This document shows, piece by piece, positions 1-12,260 of a stretch of 64,000 bases of DNA. Positions within the stretch are counted from its first letter, which is position 1. Every line of letters begins with the position of its first letter. The translations under genes were made by a program, and so were the position numbers. The notes under the pieces were generated by a model that was not told where the DNA came from, did no database searches, and was given only the letters and a program-made list of their open reading frames with translations. The stretch is from the human T2T-CHM13v2.0 reference genome, Homo sapiens. The stretch lies in the NCBI RefSeq assembly GCF_009914755.1, contig NC_060942.1, one strand, 5' to 3'.

Positions 1-419
1 TGAGCAAACAGAAGGGAAGTGGCTGAGGTAAGACACCCCTGGCAGCCCTTGGTGAATGTTGCAACTGGTCTGGGGCACTTGCCCTGTCCCCAAGGGGGTC
101 TGTGTGTACCACAGGGTCTGCTGTCCAGATGGCTGCATGGGGCATGGGGAGCAGGCAAGGGCTACACAATAGAAAGGTAAGAAAGTGCACTGACTTTATT
201 TTCAGGCAATGCGGGTTAGGATTCTACCTCCTACTGCATGCTCCTGCACGCATTGTCCCATCTTTTTGCATCCTGGGTTCCTCTTCCATAAAATGGGCAC
301 AGTACTCCTCACCTCCCAGTCCCCTTGCCTTACCATTGTCCTTACCACTCGATTGGACATATTTCAGAGACAGCCTTACCCTCTGTTACTTAACGGTTTC
401 AGCTCCCCAAACTAGATCA

Positions 420-580
420 CACGACTTCATGGGCTAGAGCTGTGTCTCCGGAGAGGTCAGGGACCCCAGGAAGCTAACAGCACTGGGGCCCTGCCATCGT
501 CACTTTTGAACTCGCAGCACCTGGCACACTGTGTTGCACATGGAAGGTACAAAATAATAGTTACAGAATGAATGAAGGAA
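420..580 (+). mobile_element. L2 LINE 3'-end fragment
   Basis: CCTGGCACAC...AATAGTTACAGAATGAATGAA resembles the L2 3' terminus with its (TGAA)n tail; boundaries approximate. Confidence 0.5.
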
Positions 581-823
581 ACTATGGATGAGGGAGCCGA
601 GGGTCAGAAAGGTGAAGTGTCCTGCCACGGGCCATATGACCCATTAATACCTGGCAAGCACTGTGCCGTCCACTTTCTTCTTTATCAAGGGCAAATGGTG
701 AGGAGAAAACACAGCCAAGCATACTGGCTCATGAAGTCTCGTGTTTTCCAGGGAAAGTCCCATTTCACATCTGTTTTCTCTTACGATTATAATAATGCCC
801 ACTTTTACTATCAAAAGTGTCCC

Positions 824-941
824 TTTTTTTTCTTAAAAATATGGACTGCTTCACGAATTTGCGTGTCATCCTTGAACAGGGGCCATGCTAATCTTCTCTG
901 TATCATTCCTATTCTAGTATATGTGCTGCTGAAGCGAGCAC
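824..941 (-). pseudogene. U6 snRNA processed pseudogene (RNU6-type retrocopy), full length with A-tail
   Basis: Reverse complement of 835-941 reads GTGCTCGCTTCAGCAGCACATATACTAG...ACAGAGAAGATTAGCATGGCCCCTGTTCAAGGATGACACGCAAATTCGTGAAGCAGTCCATATTTTT, about 8 substitutions from U6. A-tail at 824-834; TSDs AAAAGTGTCCC (813-823) and AAAAGTATCCC (942-952). Confidence 0.97.
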
Positions 942-2834
942 AAAAGTATCCCATTTTGGATGATAAAGTCTCTGTTCTCTCTGTTATGAGGGAGAGTGGA
1001 CAGAAGGTCTCTGTGTTTCCCTGACTCCATCTACTCTCCCACCCCTCACCTCTCCTGACCTAACAGAAACACAATTAAAATGTCACTTCATTATCTATTC
1101 ACTGAAAGCCACACTGGAACTGCACTCCCCACAAAGGCCAACTTCCCCCAGCAAAATCCGCCTTAAGGGTGCCCTCATGGCCTGTGCATTGGGGTGATGG
1201 GGTTCCCAGCTGCTTAACTGCCTTCCACTATATCACCAGCAAGTGGACCAAAGACCCTGCCTCAGCATTCTTACTGTGCTGAATGATGGGCACCTGCTTG
1301 CCAGGCCTGTGCCAAAGAAGCCCTCTACCCACACCCCAAGGGCTAACTAGTATCCAGTCTTCCTATTCTGCAGGGGGCATCTGGACCTGAACAGGGACTC
1401 ATCCATCAAAGCTCTTGGGGGGCCTGGCAGCCTCTCCAGAGAAGGATGCGCAGACTGAGGTGAGAGCTGGGGTCTCTGAGATCCACCCACCTGCAGAAAT
1501 GCTGGATTTGAGGGGAGGCAGAGAGGCATCATGAACACAAAGAAAGTTCCCACCCAGAGGAGCTCACCAAACCCGGGGCAGCCTCAGGGATGAGCATTTT
1601 CAGACATGTTCAGGAAGACATGGCTGGGATGTTGGATTAGGGGATGGGGCCAGCCCTCCCACTGGTCCTCAGACCTTTAGAGGAGGCCAGGAGGAGAAAA
1701 AGAGCCATTGACACCTTAACAGAGTAAGCAGGTACTCTTGGGAGATCCCCTCCACACCTATGAAGTCATTCAAAGCCTGGGATCCGCAGGTGCCTCTCCC
1801 AGAGCCTTCCTCAGTTCACTCACCTCACTAGGCCCACCCCACTCCTCTGCACCTGTCCCCTCTGCACTGACAGATGACCGAGAACCCCCCGCCCCTGTAC
1901 GACTGCAGAGGCCTCTGTGGTTGCTGTCCAGGCCTTTCATGGGAGTGTGGTGCCTTCGCCAGGACTAGCCCTCCCCCTGCCCCACAGGGCAGGGACCCTT
2001 CACTTTCTGATCCCACAAGGAGCTGTGCCCTGGGTTCTGCCTATAGCCTACACTCAACTGTCTCTTACCAGCCACCTACCTGAAAGTGGGGCATTAGAAT
2101 CTGGAACCTAAGGTTGGTAGGTCCCAATCTGCTGGACCTGGACCCAGAGACTCCCTTGGCAGTAGAAGAAGATGGCACCAGGTCTCACTTAACTCTTTCT
2201 CTGGCCCTGCCTGAGCCTTGGAGCCCCATGGTCCAGTGCTCACAGGCCTGGCCCCAAGTTAAACAAGAGGACAAAGCCCAGCTTGTGGCTTCTTCCCCGA
2301 GCTGGCTGATACCTATTTTCCCTAAAGGAGGAATCCAGGCTGGCTTTGGCCATCTCACCCCCTCCTGGAGAGCAATGGGCATGCCACACTGGGCACTCTT
2401 TGAGGTCAGGCACTCAGCCTTCTTTCTTCTGAATTCCTCTCTCCTTCCAGCCCTCACTTCCCCTACCTAGGCCAGGCCCTTCACTCTAGGAAGAATATCC
2501 CAGGAATCATCCATCACCAAATTCTAGGAGCTGATCTCAGCAACTATGCGGCTGGAAGGAGCCTGGAAAATCCACTGTGCCCATGATGGGAATGACCATT
2601 AATGCCTGGAGGGCAAGGATGCTGTACCCATTCCTGCAGCCCCAGCCCCAGCACAACCCAGACAGAGGGCTCTCAGCAGAGGCTTCCGGAACTGTGCTTG
2701 AGTCCTAGCTTGCTGTCTCCATGGCTGCCCTGGAGGCTGGCCCAGAGCAGGCACACAGTAGGCATCTGTGAATGAAGCAACAGGTGCCTGCCGGGTCCTA
2801 GCTCCTGGGCTGGGCACTCTGACTACTTTATGTG

Positions 2835-2995
2835 GGGCAACAGCCCTGCAAGGTAGATACCATCATCCTATTGAATGGATGAGAAAATGGAGGCTCAGAC
2901 AATTTAAGTGGCTTCCCTGAAGCCACTTGGCAAGTATCAGGCCAGACTTCAAGCTTAATCCTTCCAGTCTCTGAAGACTGTGGTCTTTCTGTTTT
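2835..2995 (-). mobile_element. MIR SINE
   Basis: GATGAGAAAATGGAGGCTCAGA...TTAAGTGGCTT matches the MIR core in antisense. Confidence 0.75.
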
Positions 2996-4324
2996 CATGT
3001 CAGCCACTCAGTCCACGCATTTGGGGATTTCAAAGCCGAATAAGAAGTAGCTCCAGCTCTTGGGTGGTTCATACTGAAAGAGGCAGACAGTTTTGTTCAC
3101 AGCTACCTGGGACAAGAAACAGACGTGGCCAGGCCTGCACCCAAAGCTGAAACCTATTGTGTAGGCTGCAGGCAGAGGAAGAAGGTCACTGTTCCTCTGT
3201 AGTTTGAGAAAGGTATCTGGGAAGAGGTGGCAGTGGATTCGGCCACAGACAGGACATGATGAGGCTAAGGACGCATTGAGGATGGATTTTAAGCTAGTGG
3301 GAAGATGGGTGGGAAGATGGGTCTGCATCAGGGGCTTCCCAGTGCCCTTAAATGTCATGATGGCCCGTCAGGCAGCCATTTGCACAGCTTGGTGGAGCAG
3401 GCAGGGGTGCACGGAGGGCTGGCGGCTGGGAATCTGCCCAGGACCTGTTAGGTTTCTCAGCCGGAGCTGCAGGCCTGAAGCAGGTAGAAGGGTTGGGAGC
3501 TGGGAGCGGAGTCTGTGTGCCCTGTCTCCATGAGTGTGTCTGGGAGATTCGGGTGACCTCCTGGCCTCCATCAGTGGGAGCTGGGGGAGAGGGAGACCAG
3601 CGAGCTCTGAAGGACGCACCCGCCACATCGTTGCACACTTATTTTTCCCAAACACTTGACTGACGTGACCCACGGGGCCACAGGGAATGGCCTTCACTGG
3701 GCTGGCAAGTCGAGGGCAATGATAGCCCTCAGTTCCTTGGGCGGCCCCTCCCTCAGGGAGCTGGCCCGGGGCGAAGAGGGCCTTGGACTTGCTGCTCTGT
3801 CCCAGGCCAGCCTGCCACAGTAGGGGTGGGAAGGGCCGCCTGGTCCTGTCTGCTTCTCGCTTTTTCTGTTTTCAGGGTCAGCACAGTTCAGGGAGGAGAC
3901 ACAGACTGTCGGGAAGGCCTCCTGCAGAGACAGAGGAGCACAGGCACTGTCTAGGGGGTGGTGGGAGGGGACTGTGGGGTGGAACAGCAGCCTCTGGCAC
4001 AGCCATGAACTCACTGCAGAGTAACTCACTGCAGAGCCTTCCCAGGCCTTGGTTTCTGTTCTGAGAATGGAGGCCTTGGAGCAACTTGAAAGCTCCGACT
4101 TTCCTCTAGTTCTTGAACATGCCATCTTCCTCTTCCCAAGATGTTGCCAGACAGGAGTGGACAGTTAGTTTACTTCAGGTTTTGCTAATTTTCTATTCCT
4201 ACATTGTGATTTGAACAGTTCTGCTGTTAGACCCAAAACCTGATTAAGAAAATCAGTAGATCCCCTCAAAGTCCAAGAAACTCATGATGATTAAGCATCC
4301 ACTCCACATCAGGCCCCACGCCAA

Positions 4325-4400
4325 CTGAAAAGGTTTATGTGGATTATCTCATTTAATCTTGATATTAACTCTGGGAAGTGGCTGTTATCATCCCCATTTC
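4325..4400 (-). mobile_element. MIR fragment
   Basis: TGGATTATCTCATTTAATCTT...TTATCATCCCCATTT is typical antisense MIR. Confidence 0.6.
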
Positions 4401-4424
4401 CCCCAGTTTGGCATAATTTCTTAA

Positions 4425-4635
4425 AGTCCTGCAGTGGTTTCCCAGGACCTTCAGGATAAAATCCAAACTCCTCCCAGCCCACCCTTCTAGCACCGCACCA
4501 CTCCTAACTGGGCCAGTCCCTCATGGATGGACTGCTTCTCCCACACACAGTCTCAGGGCCTATGATACGTCCCCCCTTCCCATCCATTCAACTTGTATCT
4601 TTCCAAGGCCTGGCAAATCCTTCTCTCCAAGGAAG
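4425..4635 (+). mobile_element. L2 fragment
   Basis: CAGTGGTTTCCC...CAGGATAAAATCCAAACTCCT is a common L2 motif. Confidence 0.55.
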
Positions 4636-4649
4636 AGTAGGCAGTAGTG

Positions 4650-4794
4650 GGAGGCAGGTGAGGCCCTAGGGCACCACATTTAAGGAGGCACTCACTGTCA
4701 GGTGCCAGGCCTGCACTTGCATGCTCCTGAGAGTGAGCACCTCCTTAAATTTTACACTGAGTGCCTCACTTGCCTCATCCTTGTCCTGGCCCTG
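4650..4794. mobile_element. MER96-like palindromic hAT MITE
   Basis: Internal inverted repeat ATTTAAGGAGGCACTCACTGTCAGG (4678-4702) / CCTGAGAGTGAGCACCTCCTTAAAT (4726-4750); terminus CCTGGCCCTG as in the recalled MER96 consensus. Confidence 0.8.
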
Positions 4795-6023
4795 CCCCAG
4801 AGACTCAATGCCCAACCCAAAGGACCTCTCCCTCCTCCAAAGTCCACAGCCCTTCCTGGTAGGTCCTGTCACTGGACTGTGTCACGGGGACTGATCTTGA
4901 TGCCTCGTGTGAATGTCCATCACTACAGGGCAGACACCACTTGTCCCCTGTCCCCATCCTAAAATCAACAGGGCTTGCTCCAACTTCCAAATTGGCTCCC
5001 CATCTGCCCTCCTTCATCCTCCACCCCATCAACCTGGAATTCCAATTCATCTTTTAGAATCTATATGAAAATTATGGTTTAGCACTGTATAGCCATTAAA
5101 AATTACGTTTCCACATGGGTGAATTCTTCTATAACCTGGCTGTAAGAAGAAAAGATTGGATAATTTGACTATACAAACAAATTTATATGGCAAATCCCAT
5201 AAGTAAAGTCACAGGCAAATAATAAACTGGGAGAAAATATTTGTCACATATATCATAGACAAAGGGCTTAGTATATAAAAGATTCTTAAAAATTGAGGGA
5301 CAAAGAACCAAAAACCCAATAGCAAATGGACAAGATATAAAGACAATTCACAAAAGGCAATATTAAAAATGATCATTAAACATATGAAAAATTTTCAACT
5401 TCACTCATAATAAAAAAATGAAAACTAAAATTATAATGAGATAACATTTCTTACCAGTGAGATTGGCAAGAATTCCAAAACTTGACAATAACGTCTGTTG
5501 GCAAGGTCGTGGGAAAACAGGAATGCAACTGACACAACCCCATGGAGGGGAATCTGGCAACGCCTAACAAAACTACATCCTCTTCAACTTGATAATCCCA
5601 TTTTTAGAATCCCAAGCATATGAAACACACATGCACAAGCATTGTAGCATTATGTAATTGCAGAATATGAGAAGCTACCTAAGTGGTCATCCGTAAGAGA
5701 GCAAGTGAATAAACCATGACACATACACACGATGGAGTATTATGCAGCTGTAAAAAAGAGTGAGGAAGACCTCTATGGGCTGATATGAAGTGACTGCCAG
5801 GAAATATTACTGAATGAATAAAGTAAAATGTAAATACATCTAAATCTGTATTTACCTACCTACCTATCTATCTATATATAGTGCTACCTTTTCTGTGAGA
5901 AAGAAGGGGAAATAAGACAACATATAATTTTGCTTCTCTTTACACAAAGAAATAGATGCATAAGCAGAAAACAATTAAATTGGTTACCTACAAGGAAGCA
6001 ATGGGTTACAGAGGAGAGTGACA

Positions 6024-6109
6024 TATCTCCAACTATACCTTTCTGTATATCTCCAACTATACCTTTCTATCTCCAACTAAACCTTCTATCTCCAACTGTA
6101 CCTTTCTAT
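6024..6109 (+). repeat. ~20-bp tandem repeat x4 (TATCTCCAACTATACCTTTC) inside L1
   Basis: Four near-identical units visible. Confidence 0.9.
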
Positions 6110-7667
6110 TTGACTTCTGAAAGCATGTTCATGTCCTACATATTTTTAAAAATTAATTTAATAAGAATGAGAAGGAAAAAAATCCCTCAAACTGAAAAAA
6201 AAGGAACCTAACTGTAGTTCAAATAAATACTATAACCACACTGAAGGACAGAAAAAATCAGGAAGGAAAGACTAATCCTAGTAATTTATGAACATGGCAT
6301 GGTGAGGTGGGGATGAGAGGAAGGTTTGTTGGTTGTAGTGATTTGGGTGAAACAATTCTGAGAGTATTTTTAGATGTAATATAGGATGAGCAAAGGAGTG
6401 AATTTTGTTGACAGTTTGGGGAGCCGAGGTTTCACTGCTGAAGAAGGACATGTAATTATGAGATGGGGAAGGCAGGAAACAACCATGTAGAAATGGATTG
6501 GAATCAGAGGTATTGGTATGGATTCACAATTTCTAAAATACAAATATGTCAGTGTATGTGCATGTGTATGGGTGAATAGTACATGGATGTATAGGTGTAT
6601 GGATGCATGTATTTCCTAGTGTTTTGTCCCCTGAAAGGGCCAAGGTGCAAATATACCCAGCAACGAGCAAACCCAGATCTGGATGTCTAATACCATTCCT
6701 CGCTAAAAGGAACCAGAGCCCCCCAGAGAAATTACTGATTCCAGGGCTGGTGCAGGGTAGGTGCAAGATAAGCCTGGAAATCTCTTCTCATACCAGAAAG
6801 TAAGAACATACTCAAAATAGGGATAGTGGTGTATTAAAATATCATAGGTGAGAAATACTAAACCATTGGAAAAACCAGAGTTCATCATTCTATGCAGATA
6901 ATAAATAAAAACATTCTGTTGCTTACAGTAGAATGCAAAGGGCCCATTGGCAAGAATGGAGGCAGTGCTGGAGTTGGAAATGCATCATTGTGCAACCTCA
7001 TGTTAATGACTGGATGGGCCAAAAGTCATCAATGGGTGCTACATCTAGGGAGAGACCGATGAGGAGCAGGGTACTGCATGGTTTTAAAATGTCTCCCCAT
7101 AGACCACTTGCTAGTTCCAAGGGAGAAAAAAAAATCATCCTATAATGGAGAAATCAGACACTGCCTGGACTGAGGGATCAAAATTAACATCACCAATGAG
7201 GGCCTCCTGATGATGCCCTGAGAAGAACCAAGAGGGCTTATGCAGGGTTCTGTCCAAGAATACATAACCTGGATTCTAATCAAGAGGAAACATCAGACAA
7301 ATTCAATATGAGGAATATACTGTCTTACAAATAAGTGGGGGCATTGTATTCTTCAAAGATGTCCATGTCATAAAAGACAAAGAAAGGCTGTGAAAAGGTT
7401 CCAGATTAAAGGAGATAAAGAGACACAACTAAATGCAATATCCAACCCTAGATGAGATCTACTTGAGGGAGAAATGCTGGGGAGAACATTATGAAGTTAA
7501 CTGACAAAATCGGGATACAAAGAATAGATTAGATTAAAGTGTTGTATAAATGTTAAATGTATTGGTCAACCATGCTATGATTATGTCAGAGAATATACCT
7601 ATCCTTGGGAAACACATGCTGAAGTATGTAGGGGTGAACTTACCTTCAAATGGTTCAGGAAATACAC

Positions 7668-7691
7668 GTGTGTGTGTGTGTGTGTGTGTGT
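7668..7691. repeat. (TG)n microsatellite
   Basis: Direct read. Confidence 0.95.
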
Positions 7692-8601
7692 AAGAAAGAA
7701 CACAAATGATTAAGCAAGTGCTGTAAAATGTTAACAGCAGGTAAATCTGAGATATAAGAATACAAGGATATTCTTTGGATTATTTTTGTTTGCAGTTTCT
7801 CTGTAATTTAAAATTTTTCCCAAATAAAAAATTTAAATGTATGTTCCAATATTTGAAAGATGCTTTCTTCTCTGTAGGAGTGGACTCTCCTCAGCCAGGG
7901 GACTGCCAGCAGGCAACCAGGCCAGGGAAGAGTTCCTAATCAAACCCATCTGGGTTCAGTGTGTGGCCTTGGAGAATTCACTTGACCTCTCGCGTCTCTG
8001 CTCCCTCCTGTGGGGCCATGCCCACCTCATGGTCTTGGGACAATTAAAAGAGATGATGCCTGCAAGAACTTGGCCCAGGCCCCCCATAGGGTGTGCTGGA
8101 CATCTACGGGAACTATTACTTCACTGGTAGTGTTTTCATCAGCATAAACCCCTTTAGGGCACAGAGCTGAGAGCTGTCTACATTTCCAAGAGCCATTTCT
8201 GGCCTGGAGCAGGACAATGAGCCAAGAACAAGCAGGGCCAGCTGGAGGGTGGCTTCCACCAGCAAAGTGGTCCCCTCGCCCTCCTGCTTCACCCTCAGGC
8301 CTCAGCTTCTAGAACTCAGGCCCTCCTGCTCTCTGCCTTGACCACTTGCCCTCACCTGCAAAAGCCTTTCCTTTTGGCTGGCACTTCTTCAAGGCCCCCT
8401 CCTGGTGACTCCTGTGACACCTTGCTAGAACTATTCTAGTCCCCTCCTTCAGCTCCTTCTTTGAGTAAGGGACCTGAGGTGGCATTTCAGTGTGGATTCA
8501 TTTATGGCCCCATCTCTCCTCTTCCAGGGAAACATTTTGTGACAGTGCCATCATTCTTGTGTTCCTGGCAAAAGGAACCATAATTCCTGGCCAACAGGAG
8601 G

Positions 8602-8656
8602 GTGTGTGCGTGTGTGTGTGTATACGCATGTGTGTGTTTGTGTGTGTGTGTCTGTG
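8602..8656. repeat. Imperfect (TG)n repeat
   Basis: Direct read. Confidence 0.85.
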
Positions 8657-9343
8657 AGCTGTGGACTTTCTTGGAGGCCATGAAATCGCCCCTCAGGCCA
8701 GGCCTGGCCTGTTGAGAACCTGGGTCCAAGTTCTTGGGTCCAAGAACTTGGGGCCAAGGCCTGTGCTGTTGTCTTCCACTCGTCCCTCCCACCCTACTCT
8801 GCTCTTCTTGTGCCCTGGGAGGCCGACCACTGCAGACACAGCAACGGGCTCCCTTGCCTCTGGCCTCCTGTCAGCTCAGCCTGTAGGGCCCTAGGTGGAG
8901 AATGGAGGAAGGGAGTTTGGGGTTTAGAGTTGGGGTGTTTAATGCCTTGTATCCCTTTCTCCAGGGAGGCCTCAGACCAGCTGTATCCCTGGACCAGAGG
9001 TCACAGCGCTGGTAAGGTGGCCCCTCCACCCCACCCTCACTGTCTCTACTTCCAGCAGCCCCTCCCTCTCCTTGCCCAGCCCCTCCCTCTCCTTGCCCCT
9101 TTAGTGCCCCTGGGTGTAACAGCTCCCCAGTGTTCACAGCCCTGGGGTACTGCACTGGGTCTTGAGAGTTCCCTGCACTGGCACTGGCCTTTGAACTCAA
9201 CTCTCCAAATTGTCTATGAACTGAAGTTTGCCACCTGTTTCCTGCCATGCCCCTGACTCATGCGGACCCCTGTGGAGGGAGGCAGTGCCCTCTCCCTTAA
9301 TGTATTTGGTACTTGTCTGCACGGGAGGCCCCACATTGCCATG

Positions 9344-9383
9344 CTCAGGGAGGGCATCTCAGGGAGGGCATCTCAGGGAGGGG
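9344..9383. repeat. 14-bp tandem repeat x3 (CTCAGGGAGGGCAT)
   Basis: Direct read; a separate 21-bp duplication CAGCCCCTCCCTCTCCTTGCC x2 lies at ~9056-9097. Confidence 0.85.
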
Positions 9384-10700
9384 ATCTGCTGCGAAGCCAT
9401 TCGCACTGCAGAACAAAAGCAAGGGCTACCACGTCGGGCCTCTTCTGCCTGCTGCTTCTTGTTCCAACTTCATTTCATCTTTTCATAAGTTACTGTTCTG
9501 TGAGAAGCATTACAAGAAGGAAATTAAAAGAGAGAAAAGTTGGTGGAGGAATACCTTTCTTTCTTTCTTTTTTTGGTTTAAACCTTTTGTTATGATCTCT
9601 TTAGGAGCCTGATCCAACTAGAGGGACATGTGGCAGAATATGTTCTTCAAAATTAGTTCTGAGAGACACTTGGGGCTCTTTATTATTCATTCTATTAAAA
9701 TCAAAATATTAGCTGATGCCTGTCGCATCGTCAGAGCGGGTCTGGCAACTTCTCTGATGCATTGTCTACTTGAAAGTAAAGACGAAGGCCTTTCATGTGG
9801 AAGCCTCTATCAGGTCCATTCTGTTCTCCTGCTTGTAATGACAGAAAAACCCTGGCCTGCTCTGTGTCTGAGACACTGACAGATCCAGGACAAAGCAGTG
9901 GAGCCCATCATGTGTCCCATTGTGCCAGGGCCCTCTGGGCAAGGCTGCCTCTTCTGGGGCCCTACCTCTCCCCCACCAAGGGTGGCCATGGAGCAGCAGG
10001 AGGACCCCTCCTGGTCCCAGGAGTGTGGCTTCTCATATTCATTGATTTTGAAGTGGGTGGAGGGGACAATGCCAGGGACCCTGAGGCTTAAAGATCAAAC
10101 TGCCTTGCCGTTTCCTTGGATGCCCTCTGCTGCCCTTACTTCTGGAAGGAATACCATAATGCAGATAATTCCATTTCTCCAGCAGGAACAAACCAATCTG
10201 GCTGTGGCGCTCTGCTCTAGAGCCACCCAGAGGTTGGCCTGATGTTTTCACTTGGGGCCCTAAGTAAACAGAGAAGTTCTTAGCTCAACAGAGGCTTGTC
10301 TTTTCTGAGGACTGTAGATGGGACCAGAGTCCCCAACCAATAAGGGATCCTGCATGGCTGAGCAAGGCTTGTGCCTGGTGGCCGAGTTACACAGCAGATG
10401 AATGCATGTCACTTGGGGGCCTTCCAGCCAGCTGTGGAGAAAGACTCTCCTATGCTGGATGTGGGGAATGTGGGGGCTTCAGGTGCTCAAGGAGGCAGAG
10501 ATTCCTGGGGGCTGGGTGGGCTTCCCAGGGCTGGTGGGATCAGACAGGTGGTTAAGCACCAGGAAGGAGAGAGAAAAGGGAAGAGCCGGGAGGAATGTGA
10601 GTGACCAGCTTGGAAGCCAGGGTGGGAGACCATCTCGGGAGGGACAGGAAAGGAGCATCTGTTGGGGGAGTGGTCAGAAGTCAGGCTGGAATGCCCTCGA

Positions 10701-11375
10701 CTGCAAAGAAGATATTTCTCTCTCCTTCCTTCCTTCCTTCCTTCCTTCCTTCCCTGCGAGGAAGATATCCCTCCCTCCCTCTCTCTCTCCCTTCCTTCCT
10801 CCCTTCACTGCAAGGAAGATATTTCTCCTTCTCTCCCTCCCTCCCTTCCTTCCTTATTTCCTTCCTTCCTTCCTTCCTCCCTTCCCTTCAAGGAAGATAT
10901 TTCTCCTTCCTTCCTTCCTTCCCTCCCTCCCTTCCTTCCTGCAAGGAAGATATTTCTCCTTCCTTCCTTCCTTCCCTCCCTCCCTTCCTTCCTGCAAGGA
11001 AGATATTTCTCCTTCCTTCCTCCCTTCCTTCCTTCCTTCCCTGCTTCCTTCCTTCCTTCCCTGCTTCCTTCCTTGCTTCCTTCCTTCCCTCCCTCCCTTC
11101 CTTCCTTACAAGGAAGATATTTCCCCTTCCTTCCTTCCTTCCTTCCCTGCTTCCTTCCTTCCCTCCCTCCGTACCTTCCTTGCAAGGAAGATATTTCCCC
11201 TTCCTTCCTTTCCTTCCTTCCTTTCCTTCCTTCCTTCCTTCCTTCCTTCCTTCCTTCCTTCCTTCCTTCCTTCTTTCCCTCCCTCCCTCCCTTCCTTCCT
11301 TCCTCCCTTCCCTGCAAGGAAGATATTTCTCCTTCCTTCCTTCCTTCCTTTCCTTCCCTCCTTCCTTCCTTCCAT
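10701..11375. repeat. Compound pyrimidine-rich VNTR: 9 anchors CTGCAAGGAAGATATTTCTCC separated by variable (TTCC/TCCC)n tracts
   Basis: Anchors at ~10701, 10754, 10808, 10887, 10939, 10992, 11106, 11180 and 11312. Confidence 0.95.
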
Positions 11376-12044
11376 CCATTTCCTTGAGCAATCCTAAATT
11401 CAATATTAATCTCCCTAGACCTTCTTGTTGATAAATGTTGATTTCCCCAGCACACCTGTTCATATTTCAGATGGAAATGTATTATAAAATCACACCATTC
11501 GCTGGTGATTACCACGGTAATCAGGCACGCTCACTGACAGGCCAGCACTCCTCTTGAAGACAAGGGTCTGGAGACAGAAGCTTTCATGTCACCTATGCCA
11601 TGCCTGGGGAGAGAGGGAAATGAAGCAGGCATGGGTGGTGTTTGGGAGGGATGGTTTCCTTCTCTGGGGAAGTCTTGGCAGACAGCACAGCCCCAAGGGC
11701 CCAGGAGGGCTCTGTAGGGTGATGGGGGGGTGGGCCAGACAAGGGCAAGTAAGTGGGAGGGTAAGGCCCGCATACCTTGGTGTTCTACAGTGTATATACA
11801 GCTAGCAACACTTTTACGGGATCCATGGCAAGAGATCTGAGCTACCAGGATCAGGTATCTTAGTCAGAATATCATTCAACCTCCCACCAGGTGTAGGAAC
11901 AATCTCTACAGCCTCCTAGAACATCACAAAGATATAATTATTATTACTGCTTCTCTGTATCATAGGATTATGGTTTAGGGTCTGACGAAAGCCCAGGCTG
12001 TTTGAACTGTTACTTAGTCTTGATGCAGTCCATTTTAAGTTTTC

Positions 12045-12260
12045 TAACCAGACTGCTTGGCTTCAGATTCCAATTCTAGCACTTACTGGCTGTGTGACCT
12101 TGGACAAGTTACTTAACCTCACTGTTACTTTTCACTTGTAAAAAGCAGATAGTATAAGTTTCCAACGCATAGGATTGTTGTGAGGATTATGTTAATTAAT
12201 AAATGTAAAATGGTTGAAATAGTGCCTGTTACAGAGTAGTTGCTTAGAAAGGTGAGCCAC
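12045..12260 (+). mobile_element. MIR (MIRb-like) SINE
   Basis: CACTTACTGGCTGTGTGACCTTGGACAAGTTACTTAACCTC core, then GGATTGTTGTGAGGATTA. Confidence 0.9.

Larger units (their letters stand above)
5100..7835 (+). mobile_element. Old L1M (L1MC/L1ME-type) ORF2 3' end and 3' UTR, degenerate
   Basis: A-rich plus strand with L1 motifs AAACTGGGAGAAAATATTTG, CAACTTCACTCATAAT, ATGGAGTATTATGCAGCTG and CTGATTCCAGGGCTGG; ends TTTTTCCCAAATAAAAAATTTAAA. Confidence 0.85.

Noticed and set aside
942-1010. TTTAT about 25 bp upstream of the U6 copy as a possible TATA box
   Set aside because: The TSDs and A-tail show retrotransposition, no PSE is recognisable, and the match is weak.
572-1024. 150-aa ORF
   Set aside because: It runs through the antisense U6 pseudogene and has no recognisable protein features.
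2906-2928. Perfect 10-bp hairpin AAGTGGCTTC-CCT-GAAGCCACTT
   Set aside because: It lies in the MIR core, which is already quasi-palindromic, and is too short to be informative.
10701-11375. CRISPR-like layout of conserved repeat plus variable spacer
   Set aside because: The spacers are low-complexity TTCC tracts, the context is primate, and there are no cas genes.
10402-11515. Long ORFs (191-331 aa) on both strands
   Set aside because: They are translations of the TTCC/GGAA VNTR (PSFL/KEGR repeats), stop-free because of base composition.
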